Positions 7,188 through 18,644 of a stretch of DNA of 64,000 nucleotides are shown in pieces (position 1 is the stretch's first letter; each line of letters opens with the position of its first letter). The stretch is taken from assembly GCA_963818505.1 (NCBI GenBank), contig CAWFSJ010000001.1:155096-219095 (forward strand). Reading direction: 5' to 3'. The notes under the pieces are model-generated. The model saw nothing but the letters and a program-made list of their open reading frames with translations, was not told the origin of the DNA and made no database searches. A program made the translations under genes and the position numbers. Source of the DNA: an uncultured Actinomycetota bacterium. Lineage in GTDB: Bacteria > Actinomycetota > Actinomycetes > S36-B12 > UBA10799.

Positions 7188-9296
7188 ATGCGCAAGCAGA
7201 AAGTCGTCGACGATCGCGGCGCGGCCCTCATCATGGTGATGGGAATGATCTCGATCATGACGGTCGTCGTGGCCGCCGCACTGAGTTATGCCGTGAACGT
7301 CGCTCCCCAGGTCCGCCGCGACGAGAGTTGGCAGGCAGCACTCGCCGCCGCACAGGCAGGAGTGGACGACTACCTGGCCAAGCTGAACCGCACGGACGCG
7401 TACGCCCAGACAGTCGATTGCTCGAACGTTGCGCTCAAAGGCCCGAAGGCTGAGGCGAACACGTGCGGATGGAACAGCGGCACGGAGCCCGGCTGGGTCA
7501 ATGTGAAGGGTGGGGACGCGACTGCAGGGAAGTTCCACTACGACGTCAACACCGCGAACTTCTGGAAGGACGGCTCGGTGTGGGTGGAGTCGACCGGCAA
7601 GGTCCGCGGGGTGTCCCGGACCATTCAGGTCCGGGTCGGTCGCGGCGGCTCCACGGACTTCCTGTACTACACCGACTTCGAGGACGCTGACCCTCAGAAC
7701 CTCGTGGCCTACCCGCCGGGGGGGAGCAATTCACTTGCCGGCGGTGGAGCGAAGTACGACGTGTGCGGAAAGAGCGGACCGACGCTGGCGACCTACTGGT
7801 GGCAAGGTGGCACCCGCGTCAACAGCAGTTACTGCCAGGAGATCCAATTCGCGGGTAACGACGTCCTGGACGGCGACGTTCACTTCAACGACACCCCACT
7901 GATGGGCGGTTCTGGAAGTTCGCGGCCGCGGTTCCTGAAGGGGTTCGAGGTCGCCGACCCCAACTGCACCGAGGCTCTGGGTGCACCGGACAGCAGCGGC
8001 ATCGGAAAGGCCGCGGGCAAGGGCAAGTGCTGGCGCAACACCTCAAGTAACACCCCCTACGTGGGCACTGCGGGTGCGCGTCCTGCGCTGCCCCTGTACC
8101 TGCCTGACAACTCCGACAAGTTCGCCACGTACCCCGGTTGCACGTACTACGGCGACACCAGGATTCGATTCAACAGCAACGGCACGATGACCGTCTGGAA
8201 CACCAAGAGTGCCGGTCGGACGCTGACGGGCCCTGACTCGCCTGCTGGGCTGAACTGTGGGAATGCGGCGCAATTCATTCCCGCATCGGGGCAGAAGTAC
8301 CCGGCTTCCGGTCAGACGATCCCCGTGCCAGACGACATGGTGATCTACGCCCAAGCATCGACCTCGGGGTCGGCGACATGCGTCCCAGGTCAGATCATCA
8401 ACGGCACGGCTTCAGGTAGCACTTCCAACGATCAGATCCCGAGCGGCACTGGCAACACCTTCCAGGGCGTCACTGACATCAGCTACTTCAACCCCAGCTC
8501 CAGTTCATTCACAACCACCAAGAAGTGGAAGCGGGGCAGCAGCACTTGGGCCCTTGACACCAGCTTCTCCCCGAATCCCCAAACCAGCACCGAGGTGCCC
8601 AGCGGCGATACCCATCCGACGACCTTCGACTGCGGGTTGGGCAACATCTACGTTGAGGGAGTCGTGAAAGGCCGCGTGACGATCGCGGCGCAGAACAACG
8701 TCATCGTGACCGGCGACCTGTCCATCAGCAGCACGACGAAGGGCAACTCCGCCATCGGCCCGGACATGGTGGGACTGGTGGCTGCCAACTCCGTGGTCAT
8801 ATACCACCCGGTGTCTCGTTCGAGTTCGTCCGCCGAGTCGCTCACCAGCACGGTCAAGAACCCGACCAACCTCGGACGGACCTGCCCGACGACCAGTTCG
8901 GGCACGTCGCTGGGAGGTAGCGGGGGCAAAGACGGCAACACCGTCACCTGCACATGGACGACGACCAAGACCTTTGGCAGTGCCTACACCGACATCTCGT
9001 ATCCGGGTGCAACCATGAGCTCCGGTTCGCGCTGGGTGTACGCGTCGATCCAGACCCTGCAGCGCAGCTTCTGGGTGCAGAACTACAACCAGGGCGCCGA
9101 CATCGGGACGCTGTCGGTACGCGGCTCCATCGCCCAGAAATGGCGTGGTGCGGTCGGCACCTCCGGCGGTACCGGGTTCGACAAGGACTACTCCTACGAC
9201 TCCCGGCTTCAATTCGCCTCGCCGCCCTACTTCCCGCAGTGGACGAACGCGGCGTGGGGAGCGAAGGTGACCGGTGAGCTCAAGGCCCGGTACTGA
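7188..9296 (+). CDS. Large pilus-associated protein with a PilX-type N-terminal anchor
   Basis: MRKQKVVDDRGAALIMVMGMISIMTVVVAAALSY resembles the PilX_N hydrophobic segment, with no Glu at +5. The roughly 700-aa Gly/Ser/Thr-rich remainder includes a beta-helix-like stretch GNIYVEGVVKGRVTIAAQNNVIVTGDLSISS. The ATG at 7188 is preferred to the start at 7137, which would overlap the previous gene by 38 nt. Confidence 0.6.
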   Translation: MRKQKVVDDRGAALIMVMGMISIMTVVVAAALSYAVNVAPQVRRDESWQAALAAAQAGVDDYLAKLNRTDAYAQTVDCSNVALKGPKAEANTCGWNSGTEPGWVNVKGGDATAGKFHYDVNTANFWKDGSVWVESTGKVRGVSRTIQVRVGRGGSTDFLYYTDFEDADPQNLVAYPPGGSNSLAGGGAKYDVCGKSGPTLATYWWQGGTRVNSSYCQEIQFAGNDVLDGDVHFNDTPLMGGSGSSRPRFLKGFEVADPNCTEALGAPDSSGIGKAAGKGKCWRNTSSNTPYVGTAGARPALPLYLPDNSDKFATYPGCTYYGDTRIRFNSNGTMTVWNTKSAGRTLTGPDSPAGLNCGNAAQFIPASGQKYPASGQTIPVPDDMVIYAQASTSGSATCVPGQIINGTASGSTSNDQIPSGTGNTFQGVTDISYFNPSSSSFTTTKKWKRGSSTWALDTSFSPNPQTSTEVPSGDTHPTTFDCGLGNIYVEGVVKGRVTIAAQNNVIVTGDLSISSTTKGNSAIGPDMVGLVAANSVVIYHPVSRSSSSAESLTSTVKNPTNLGRTCPTTSSGTSLGGSGGKDGNTVTCTWTTTKTFGSAYTDISYPGATMSSGSRWVYASIQTLQRSFWVQNYNQGADIGTLSVRGSIAQKWRGAVGTSGGTGFDKDYSYDSRLQFASPPYFPQWTNAAWGAKVTGELKARY

Positions 9297-9343
9297 TCCA
9301 CAGGCCACGGCGTGAGGGTGGCGTTCGGCAATAGGCTGCATCC

Positions 9344-10111
9344 GTGGTGGTGATCGCGGGGCTGTTCGGGCTACTCATCGGTTCGTTCCTCAACGTGGTG
9401 GTGTGGCGGTTGCCGCGCGCAGAGTCCTTGTCGCATCCGGGCTCGCACTGTCCGGAGTGTGACCACCCCATCAGGGCCTACGACAACCTCCCGGTGGTGT
9501 CGTGGCTGGTCTTGCGCGGCAGGTGTCGGGATTGCGGGACGCAGATCTCTATCCGGTACCCGCTCGTGGAACTTGCCACGGGTCTGTGTTTCGCCGCGAC
9601 CGCGGCATGGGTCGGTCTGTCAGTACTCCTGCCGTTCGCGCTCTGGTTCGTCGCGGCGTGTATCGCGATGACGCTCATCGACCTCGAGCACCACAGGCTG
9701 CCCAACAGTCTGACCGCCTCAACATTCGCGGTCGTGGTTGCCGGCCTTGTTGTGACCGCTTGGGTGGAAGAAGACTGGGGCGACTTCGGCCGGGCTATGG
9801 CCGGTGCGGCGGCATTGACGTTGTTCTACGCACTGCTGGCATTGCTGTACCCCAAGGGGATGGGCTGGGGAGATGTGAAACTGGCGGCGTCGCTGGGCGC
9901 CGTAATGGCCTGGTACGGCTGGGGCAACCTCGTAGTGGGCGGGTTCGCAGCCTTCGTTCTCGGGGCATTTGTCGGCCTTGCAGGCATCCTGCTCGGACGC
10001 GCGGGGCGCAAGAGCGCCATCCCCTTCGGGCCGTTCATGATCCTGGGCGCTGTGCTCGGCGTCGTTTTCGGCGCCCAGCTCGCAGATTGGTACGCCAACC
10101 TCGTCATTTAG
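9344..10111 (+). CDS. pilD: Prepilin peptidase / N-methyltransferase (peptidase A24 family)
   Basis: GSFLNVVVWRLP, followed by the Cys-box CPECDHPIRAYDNLPVVSWLVLRGRCRDCG, and GMGWGDVKLAASLG carrying a catalytic Asp. The protein is polytopic. Confidence 0.9.
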   Translation: MVVIAGLFGLLIGSFLNVVVWRLPRAESLSHPGSHCPECDHPIRAYDNLPVVSWLVLRGRCRDCGTQISIRYPLVELATGLCFAATAAWVGLSVLLPFALWFVAACIAMTLIDLEHHRLPNSLTASTFAVVVAGLVVTAWVEEDWGDFGRAMAGAAALTLFYALLALLYPKGMGWGDVKLAASLGAVMAWYGWGNLVVGGFAAFVLGAFVGLAGILLGRAGRKSAIPFGPFMILGAVLGVVFGAQLADWYANLVI

Positions 10112-10165
10112 CCGTTTCCAGGCTCAACCGATCGGGTGAACTGGCCGATGCCACTGTGACGGATC

Positions 10166-11221
10166 ATGGAGGTCACTGTGGCCAGGACGACTTTGGGCAT
10201 GGAGGTAGGGTCTTCCGCCGTGCGGCTGGCTGCGGTCTCCCGCTCTCGTTCAGGCCCGGTCCTCGAGCACATCTCGCATGCTGAACTGGCGGAGGGCGCG
10301 GTTGTCGACGGCGATGTAATCGATCGCGACTCCCTGCGTGACAGCGTGCGCCAATTTGTGAAGGCCGCCAAGCCCGGTCGCCGGCAGGTTCGTCTGGGCG
10401 TGATGGGGCAGCGCATGGTCGCCAGGCAGGTGGACCTGCCCTGGGTGCCGCCCAAGGAGTTCAAGAAGGCGCTGCCGCTGCTGGCGGCCGACCTGCTGCC
10501 GATGCCCGTGGATCAGTGCGTGCTCGACTTCATCACCTATGAAGACGTGGTGGACGAGGACGGCTCGCACATGGTGCGTGGTTTGCTCGTGGCCGCCGAG
10601 GAGGACGGGATCCTGCGTCTGGTGGACGCGGTCGAGGGTGCGGGCCTCCAAGTCGTCTCCGTCACACTGACACCGCTGGCCAGCCTCGGAGCCGTTGCGG
10701 ACCCCCTGGCCGCCGGACCGGAGGCGGTCATAGACGTGGGCTACTCCATGACCAGCGTCACCATCCATGAGAAAGGCCAGCCACGATTCGTCCGCATCCT
10801 CGGCCGTGGCGGCAGAGAGACCACCGAATCCCTCGCGGCGAGCCTCGGGATCAGTGATGCCGATGCGGAGCGCTGGAAGTGCGCACTGCCCGCCATGTGG
10901 GCGAGCATGGGTCCATCAGACCAGTCGGCCACCGAGAACGCGGTGCGTTCGGCACTGTCCGAACTCGTCACCGAGATCAGGACCTCCATCGGCTTCTACT
11001 CCACAAGTGAGGGGTCGCGTTTGACGAGGGCGTACTTGGTGGGGGGAGCGGCATCCATGCTCGGGCTAGCGCCGATTCTCGCGTCTGTTTTGCATGCTCC
11101 TGTAGATGTGTCAGCAGCCCATGGTGTGCGACCTGCGAAGTCCCTATCGCCCGAGGGGTTCGTCGCCGCCTCGAGCCCTGCTTCGGTATCGGCCGTCTCT
11201 CTGGCCCTGGAGACGTCATGA
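10166..11221 (+). CDS. pilM: Type IV pilus assembly protein PilM (actin-like ATPase fold)
   Basis: 351 aa. The N-terminus is LGMEVGSSAVRLAAV, and size and position are PilM-like. The stop overlaps the next start (ATGA at 11218-11221). Confidence 0.75.
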   Translation: MEVTVARTTLGMEVGSSAVRLAAVSRSRSGPVLEHISHAELAEGAVVDGDVIDRDSLRDSVRQFVKAAKPGRRQVRLGVMGQRMVARQVDLPWVPPKEFKKALPLLAADLLPMPVDQCVLDFITYEDVVDEDGSHMVRGLLVAAEEDGILRLVDAVEGAGLQVVSVTLTPLASLGAVADPLAAGPEAVIDVGYSMTSVTIHEKGQPRFVRILGRGGRETTESLAASLGISDADAERWKCALPAMWASMGPSDQSATENAVRSALSELVTEIRTSIGFYSTSEGSRLTRAYLVGGAASMLGLAPILASVLHAPVDVSAAHGVRPAKSLSPEGFVAASSPASVSAVSLALETS

Positions 11222-11961
11222 CCACCTACTACAACGATCCCGCGCCGGCCGATCCGCCACCGGCTGAGTCAGAGCCCCTGGTGCACGTGGCGGTGCCTGA
11301 TGGCTTGGCCGGACTACTGCCCAAGAAGTCGTTCCCCATCCCGGAACTGATCCCCCCATCGGTGATGAGGCGTCGTGCGGTGGACATGGCGAAGCGCCGC
11401 ACCGCGATGGCTGTTGGCATCGTGCTGGTGATGGTTGTTGCCATGTCCGTGTTCGGCCGTATTGAGCTCAAAGCCGCGCAGAGCGAGCTCAGCTCGGTGC
11501 AGGTGAGTCTCGCGGCCGCCGAGGCCGAGAAGGAAAAGTACAAAGACGTGCCCGTGGTCTACGCGGCGGTGGACGCAGCCAGAGCAGAACTGGCCCAGGC
11601 TATGGGTACTGAGGTTCAGGTGGCTCGCCTGATCACGGACTTGAGTTTCACCATCCCGCCGGACGTTTCGCTGACCGGTGTGTCCGTGGTGGTAGGCGGC
11701 GAGCAGGATGCCCCCGCCGCGGGGACCACCGCGCAGCAGCCCGCTACCGTGCTCATCGGGACCGTCGCATTCTCCGGGGAGGCCCGGGCATTCACTGATG
11801 TCTCGGCGTGGATCGACACGCTGCGCAGCCAGCCCGACTACACCAACGTGATCCTGACCGATGTGTCGAAGGATTCCAGCACTGGCATCTACACCTTCTC
11901 CAACACCGCGGAACTCACTGACCAGGCGCTGTCCGGCCGATTCGTTGAGGAGACCCGATGA
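11218..11961 (+). CDS. pilN: PilN-like pilus assembly protein
   Basis: Single TM segment (AMAVGIVLVMVVAMSVF) followed by a coiled-coil (ELKAAQSELSSVQVSLAAAEAEKEKY). It is translationally coupled on both sides and sits between pilM and pilO. Confidence 0.6.
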   Translation: MTTYYNDPAPADPPPAESEPLVHVAVPDGLAGLLPKKSFPIPELIPPSVMRRRAVDMAKRRTAMAVGIVLVMVVAMSVFGRIELKAAQSELSSVQVSLAAAEAEKEKYKDVPVVYAAVDAARAELAQAMGTEVQVARLITDLSFTIPPDVSLTGVSVVVGGEQDAPAAGTTAQQPATVLIGTVAFSGEARAFTDVSAWIDTLRSQPDYTNVILTDVSKDSSTGIYTFSNTAELTDQALSGRFVEETR

Positions 11962-12659
11962 GAAGCAGCCCGCGTTTCTGGACCATCGGTGGCGTCATCC
12001 TGGTCGTCATCGTCGCGCTGGTCGGATATATGTTCGCGATCCGGCCGGTGTTCCAGAACGTCGCCGCGGTCCGGGTCGAGATCCAACAGACCCAGGAGCA
12101 GACCGACCGCGTGATGCTGCAGACCCGGCAGCTCGCTCAGCAGGAGAAGGATCTGCAGGAGCAGATTGAGGCGCTGGAGAGGATCCGCGCGAAGATCCCG
12201 AAGGACGTCAACGTTCCAAAGCTCATGCGGACAATCCAGGCCGAGGCACGTGCTGAGGGGGTCGAACTCGACTCCCTGCAACCGGGACAGATCACGTTGT
12301 TCGAGATCGTAGAACCCAGCCCTTCGCCGACGACCGCGGACGGGGCGTCACCCAACGCGTCGGCACCTGCGCCAGCCCCGGTGCCGTCTGCCAGCAACCT
12401 CGGCCAGGGGGTGGCCCCCAAGAACATCGGGGTCGCCTACGTGCCGCTCAGCCTCACAGGTCAGGGGACCTACAGTTCGGTGCGCCGCCTGACACAGCGA
12501 CTGGAACAGCAGCAGCGAGCTTTCCTGATCACCACCTTGGACATCACCCGGCAGAGCAGCAACGAGACCGATCTGCCACTGGTGTTCACCATGCAGGCGC
12601 GAGTATTCGTCCTCAACGGCGACACGGTGAACCTGCCGGCCAGCGTGAAGGGGGAGTGA
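11958..12659 (+). CDS. pilO: PilO-like pilus assembly protein
   Basis: N-terminal TM segment (FWTIGGVILVVIVALVGYMF), a long coiled-coil and then a globular domain. It overlaps pilN by ATGA. Confidence 0.6.
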   Translation: MRSSPRFWTIGGVILVVIVALVGYMFAIRPVFQNVAAVRVEIQQTQEQTDRVMLQTRQLAQQEKDLQEQIEALERIRAKIPKDVNVPKLMRTIQAEARAEGVELDSLQPGQITLFEIVEPSPSPTTADGASPNASAPAPAPVPSASNLGQGVAPKNIGVAYVPLSLTGQGTYSSVRRLTQRLEQQQRAFLITTLDITRQSSNETDLPLVFTMQARVFVLNGDTVNLPASVKGE

Positions 12660-12663
12660 GGTC

Positions 12664-13347
12664 ATGTCCGAGTACCTTCAGGAGAACCGGCGAGCAGTCA
12701 TCATGCTTGTTGTGACCTTGTGTGTGGCAGCACTGGTGGGCCTGTACCTGCTTCTGTCCTCGGGCGGAGGGACCGAGTCGGCCGGGGGGTCTGTCGCACA
12801 CGAACCCGCTCCCACCCCGTCGGTCACGGTTGAGGAACTCTCGGCTCCGCAGCAGGCCGTTGTACGATATGGGCACACAGGCACCGGCTCGGACCCCTTC
12901 GTAGCTCTGGAGGGAACCGACGAGCAGGAATCAACGTCCACGAGTTCGCAGAGCTCGTCCACCACCACAACGAGCAGCAATACCTCCTCCTCCTCCTCTT
13001 CCTCGTCCTCCTCCTCGTCGGGTAGCAAGTCGTCGACCGAACAGCCCGTCTACAACCCCCCTGCCGACTCCGGCGGGTCCTCGAACAACACTCCTAACAA
13101 GAACCCGAAACCCAAGGACCCGGAGCCGATCAGCAACGGCGACGGTCCCCAGGTCGTCGTGATCCAGACTGGCGATACCTTCGCAGTCGTGAAGATCAAC
13201 GGGGAGCGCACGAAGTTGTACCCCAACGTGGCAGGGCCCAAGGGCGTGACCTACATCGCCCCGCTCACTGGCGGCTGCGGATGGTTCGGGACTCCGGACT
13301 CCAAGGTCCGGGTCAGCGTCTGCCGCGCAGAGGCCCAACGGCTCTGA
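12664..13347 (+). CDS. Membrane-anchored Ser/Thr-rich protein, PilP-like by position and motifs
   Basis: N-terminal TM segment (AVIMLVVTLCVAALVGLYLLL), a GSDPF motif, a roughly 35-aa Ser/Thr tract (12931-13038), and a C-terminal beta-rich domain VVVIQTGDTFAVVKINGERTKLYPNVAG. Confidence 0.45.
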   Translation: MSEYLQENRRAVIMLVVTLCVAALVGLYLLLSSGGGTESAGGSVAHEPAPTPSVTVEELSAPQQAVVRYGHTGTGSDPFVALEGTDEQESTSTSSQSSSTTTTSSNTSSSSSSSSSSSSGSKSSTEQPVYNPPADSGGSSNNTPNKNPKPKDPEPISNGDGPQVVVIQTGDTFAVVKINGERTKLYPNVAGPKGVTYIAPLTGGCGWFGTPDSKVRVSVCRAEAQRL

Positions 13348-13389
13348 CTGGTCGGCCGTCCGGGGGGCGGCGCATGACAACATGGGGGA

Positions 13390-14555
13390 ATGCTCAGGTG
13401 GTTGACCGCAGGTGAGTCCCATGGCCCGGTGCTCACGGCGATCCTCGAAGGTGTGCCCGCGGGCGTTCGTATCGGCACCCAGGATGTGGCAGGCGCGCTG
13501 GCCCGCCGGCGCCTCGGCTATGGCCGGGGGGCACGGCAGAAGTTCGAGGCCGACGCGGTGCGCCTGCTCGCGGGGGTTCGTCACGGTCTAACCCAGGGTG
13601 GTCCGATAGCCATTGAGGTCGCCAACTCCGAGTGGCCGAAGTGGGAGCAGGTCATGTCGGCCGATCCGGTGGACGCCGAGGTGCTCGCCAAGCTGGCGCG
13701 AAACGCCCCATTGACGCGGCCGCGTCCCGGGCACGCGGATCTGGTGGGCATGCAGAAGTACGGTTTCGGCGACGCTCGGCCGGTCCTGGAGCGAGCCAGC
13801 GCCCGTGAGACCGCCGCCCGGGTTGCTCTGGGTGCAGTGGCGAAGGCTCTTCTGGAACAGGCGGCTGGGGTCCGCGTATTCAGCCATGTGGTGCGAATAG
13901 GCACGGTGGCCAGTTACGCGCCGACGCCGACCTACGACGACCTGGGCAGCATCGATGAGGATCCTGTGCGCTGTGCCACACCGTCGGTCGGCCAGGCGAT
14001 GGTCGCCGAGATCGACGCGGCGAAGGCCGAGGCCGACACTCTGGGTGGCGTCGTCGAGGTCGTGGCGGAAGGACTTCCGCCTGGGTTGGGCAGTTACGTG
14101 CACTCGGACCGCCGGCTCGACGCCAGGATCGCCGCCGCATTGATGGGGATTCAGGCCATCAAGGGTGTGGAGTTCGGAGACGGCTTCGACCTGGCCGCGA
14201 TGCGCGGGTCCCAGGCGCAGGACGAGATCCTGCTGGTGGATGGCAAGGTGAGCAGGCAGACCGGGCACGCCGGCGGTACCGAGGGTGGCATGTCCACCGG
14301 TGAGCCGCTGCGGGTGCGGGCGGCGATGAAACCGATCTCGACGGTGCCTCGGGCTCTGCGCACCATCGACGTGGCAACCGGACAGCCAGCCACGGCCATC
14401 AATCAGCGTTCGGACGCCTGTGCTGTGCCTGCCGCCGCGGTGATCGCCGAAGCCATGGTCGCGCTCGTGCTGGCCGATTGCCTGCTCGAGAAGACCGGCG
14501 GCGATTCAGTGACTGAGGTGTCGCGCAACCTGAGCGCGTACCTGGACACACTGCT

Positions 14556-14559
<4 letters not shown>
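13390..14559 (+). CDS. aroC: Chorismate synthase
   Basis: [13 protein letters not shown]...; 389 aa. The N-terminus and length are canonical for AroC. Confidence 0.93.
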
Positions 14560-16552
<1,993 letters not shown>

Positions 16553-16556
<4 letters not shown>

Positions 16557-17632
16557 TGGACTTCGCGGGGCGCCGGGACACGCTGCGGACGCTGATGGCC
16601 GATGATGTGTGCGAGGCGATCCTGGTCACGAACCTGCCGGACGTCATGTACCTCTGTGGCTTCTCCGGCTCCAATGCTGCACTGCTGGTCCTGCGCGACG
16701 GCGTCTACCTGGCCACCGACGGTCGTTACGTTGTCCAGGCGGGGACTGAGAGCCCCGATGTTGAGCTCATCGTCACCCGGCAGTTGCTGCCCGAGTTGCT
16801 GAGGACCGCGGCGGCTCTCGGGGTGCAGAACGTGGGCTTCGACCCCAACACGATGTCGGTGGAGCAGTGGCGCCGCGTTGCCGAGGACGTTCCCGAGGTG
16901 GAACTTGAGACGGTCGGGATCGACATCAGTGGGCTGCGCCGCGTCAAGCAGGCGCCGGAGGTGGAGGCCTTGCGCGAGGCGTGCGCCATCAGCACGCGTG
17001 CCCTGCAGGCACTGCTCGAAGAGTTGGCGGTGGGGATGACCGAGCTCGAGATCGCGCGCCGCCTCGAGCTGCACATGGGATTGGGCGGAGCCGCCGACCG
17101 GGCGTTCGACAGCATCGTGGCATCGGGGCCGCACAGTGCGGTTCCCCACCATCAGCCGACACAACGGCCCATCGCCGTCGGGGACCTGTTGAAGATCGAT
17201 TTTGGTGCGAAGTTCGCCGGTTACCACGCCGACTGCACGCGCACGTTCGTTGTCGCTGCGGATCCAGACGACTGGCAGCTCGAGATCCACGCCGTGGTGG
17301 CGCGCGCGCAGCAGGCCGGTTCGGATGCGCTGGTGCCGGGATGTGTCGGTCAGGATGTCGATGCCATCGCGCGCGCGGTCATAGAGGACGCCGGCTTCGG
17401 GCAGTACTACGGGCACGGTCTAGGGCACGGCGTGGGCCTTGAGATCCACGAGGCGCCGTTCTTGGGCCCGAACTCCACCCATACAGTGGAAGCAGGGGTT
17501 CCCGTGACTGTGGAACCCGGCGTCTATCTGCCCGGACGGGGTGGAGTGCGCATCGAGGACACCGTGATCGTCCATGACGACCATGTGGAAGTCCTGACGG
17601 ATTTCCCTCGCGGCCTCGCGAGGGTCGGATAG
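16553..17632 (+). CDS. pepQ: Xaa-Pro dipeptidase / aminopeptidase P (M24 family)
   Basis: [15 protein letters not shown] and [19 protein letters not shown] are M24 metal-site motifs. Its position between aroQ and efp matches the mycobacterial gene order. Confidence 0.85.
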
Positions 17633-17645
17633 GAAGACACGAACA

Positions 17646-18209
17646 GTGGCAACGACCAACGACCTCAAGAACGGCTTGGTACTCAACATCGACGGACAGT
17701 TGTGGGCCGTCGTGGAGTTCCAGCACGTGAAGCCCGGAAAGGGCGGCGCCTTCGTGCGCACCAAGCTGAAGAACGTGCTCTCGGGGAAGGTGGTCGACCG
17801 GACGTTCAACGCCGGCGTCAAGGTCGAGACCGCCAACGTCGACAAGCGCGCGATGAGCTACCTGTACAGCGACGGTGACGATTTCATCTTCATGGACGCC
17901 ACCACCTACGACCAGATCCCGGTCTCCGCGGCGACTGTTGGCGACGCGGTGAAGTACCTGCTGGAGAACCAGGAGGCGATCGTCGCGCTGCACGACGGGA
18001 CGCCGCTCTACGTGGAACTGCCCGCGAGCGTCGAACTGCTTGTCGAGTACACCGAGCCAGGTCTGCAGGGTGACCGCTCCACCGGTGGCACCAAGCCCGC
18101 CCGCCTGGAGACCGGGGCCGAGGTGCAGGTGCCGCTGTTCCTGGAGACCGGCGAGAAGATCAAGGTCGACACCCGCGATGGTTCGTACTTGGGTCGCGTG
18201 AACGGTTAG
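17646..18209 (+). CDS. efp: Elongation factor P
   Basis: [44 protein letters not shown] is a canonical EF-P N-terminus; 187 aa. Confidence 0.95.
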   Translation: MATTNDLKNGLVLNIDGQLWAVVEFQHVKPGKGGAFVRTKLKNVLSGKVVDRTFNAGVKVETANVDKRAMSYLYSDGDDFIFMDATTYDQIPVSAATVGDAVKYLLENQEAIVALHDGTPLYVELPASVELLVEYTEPGLQGDRSTGGTKPARLETGAEVQVPLFLETGEKIKVDTRDGSYLGRVNG

Positions 18210-18619
18210 TGGCTGCTCGCAGCAAGGCCCGGCGGCGTGCCGTCGAGGTGCTCTACGAATCAGATCTGCGCGGCAGTAGCGTCGACGAGGCGCTCGAGTC
18301 GCTCGACGCGCGAGTCCAAGCCTCGATCAACCCCTACACCACGCAGATCGCCCAGGGCGTGGCATCCCGGCAGGCGCAGATCGACGAGACCCTTTCGACC
18401 TACGCGCAGGGCTGGACCCTGGACCGGATGCCCGCGGTCGACCGGGCGATTCTGCGGGTGGGGACCTGGGAGTTGTTGTGGGGCGACGTGCCCGAGTCGG
18501 TAGCGCTGGCAGAGGCCGTGGTGCTTGCCAATGAGTTGTCCACCGATGAATCAGGCAAGTACATCAACGGGGTGCTGGCGCGTGTGCGCGACGTGAAGCC
18601 CCGGATGGTGCTCGACTGA
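18209..18619 (+). CDS. nusB: Transcription antitermination factor NusB
   Basis: 136 aa. It has the ARRRAVEVLYESDLRG and INGVLARV motifs and lies directly after efp. Confidence 0.9.
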   Translation: MAARSKARRRAVEVLYESDLRGSSVDEALESLDARVQASINPYTTQIAQGVASRQAQIDETLSTYAQGWTLDRMPAVDRAILRVGTWELLWGDVPESVALAEAVVLANELSTDESGKYINGVLARVRDVKPRMVLD

Positions 18620-18644
18620 GGGCTGGTCAGCGGCTAGGACCGCG

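Noticed and set aside
12931-13038. Repetitive TCC/TCG/ACC tract as a tandem repeat or CRISPR-like array
   Set aside because: It is in frame within a coding region and simply encodes a Ser/Thr-rich linker. It has no repeat-spacer structure.
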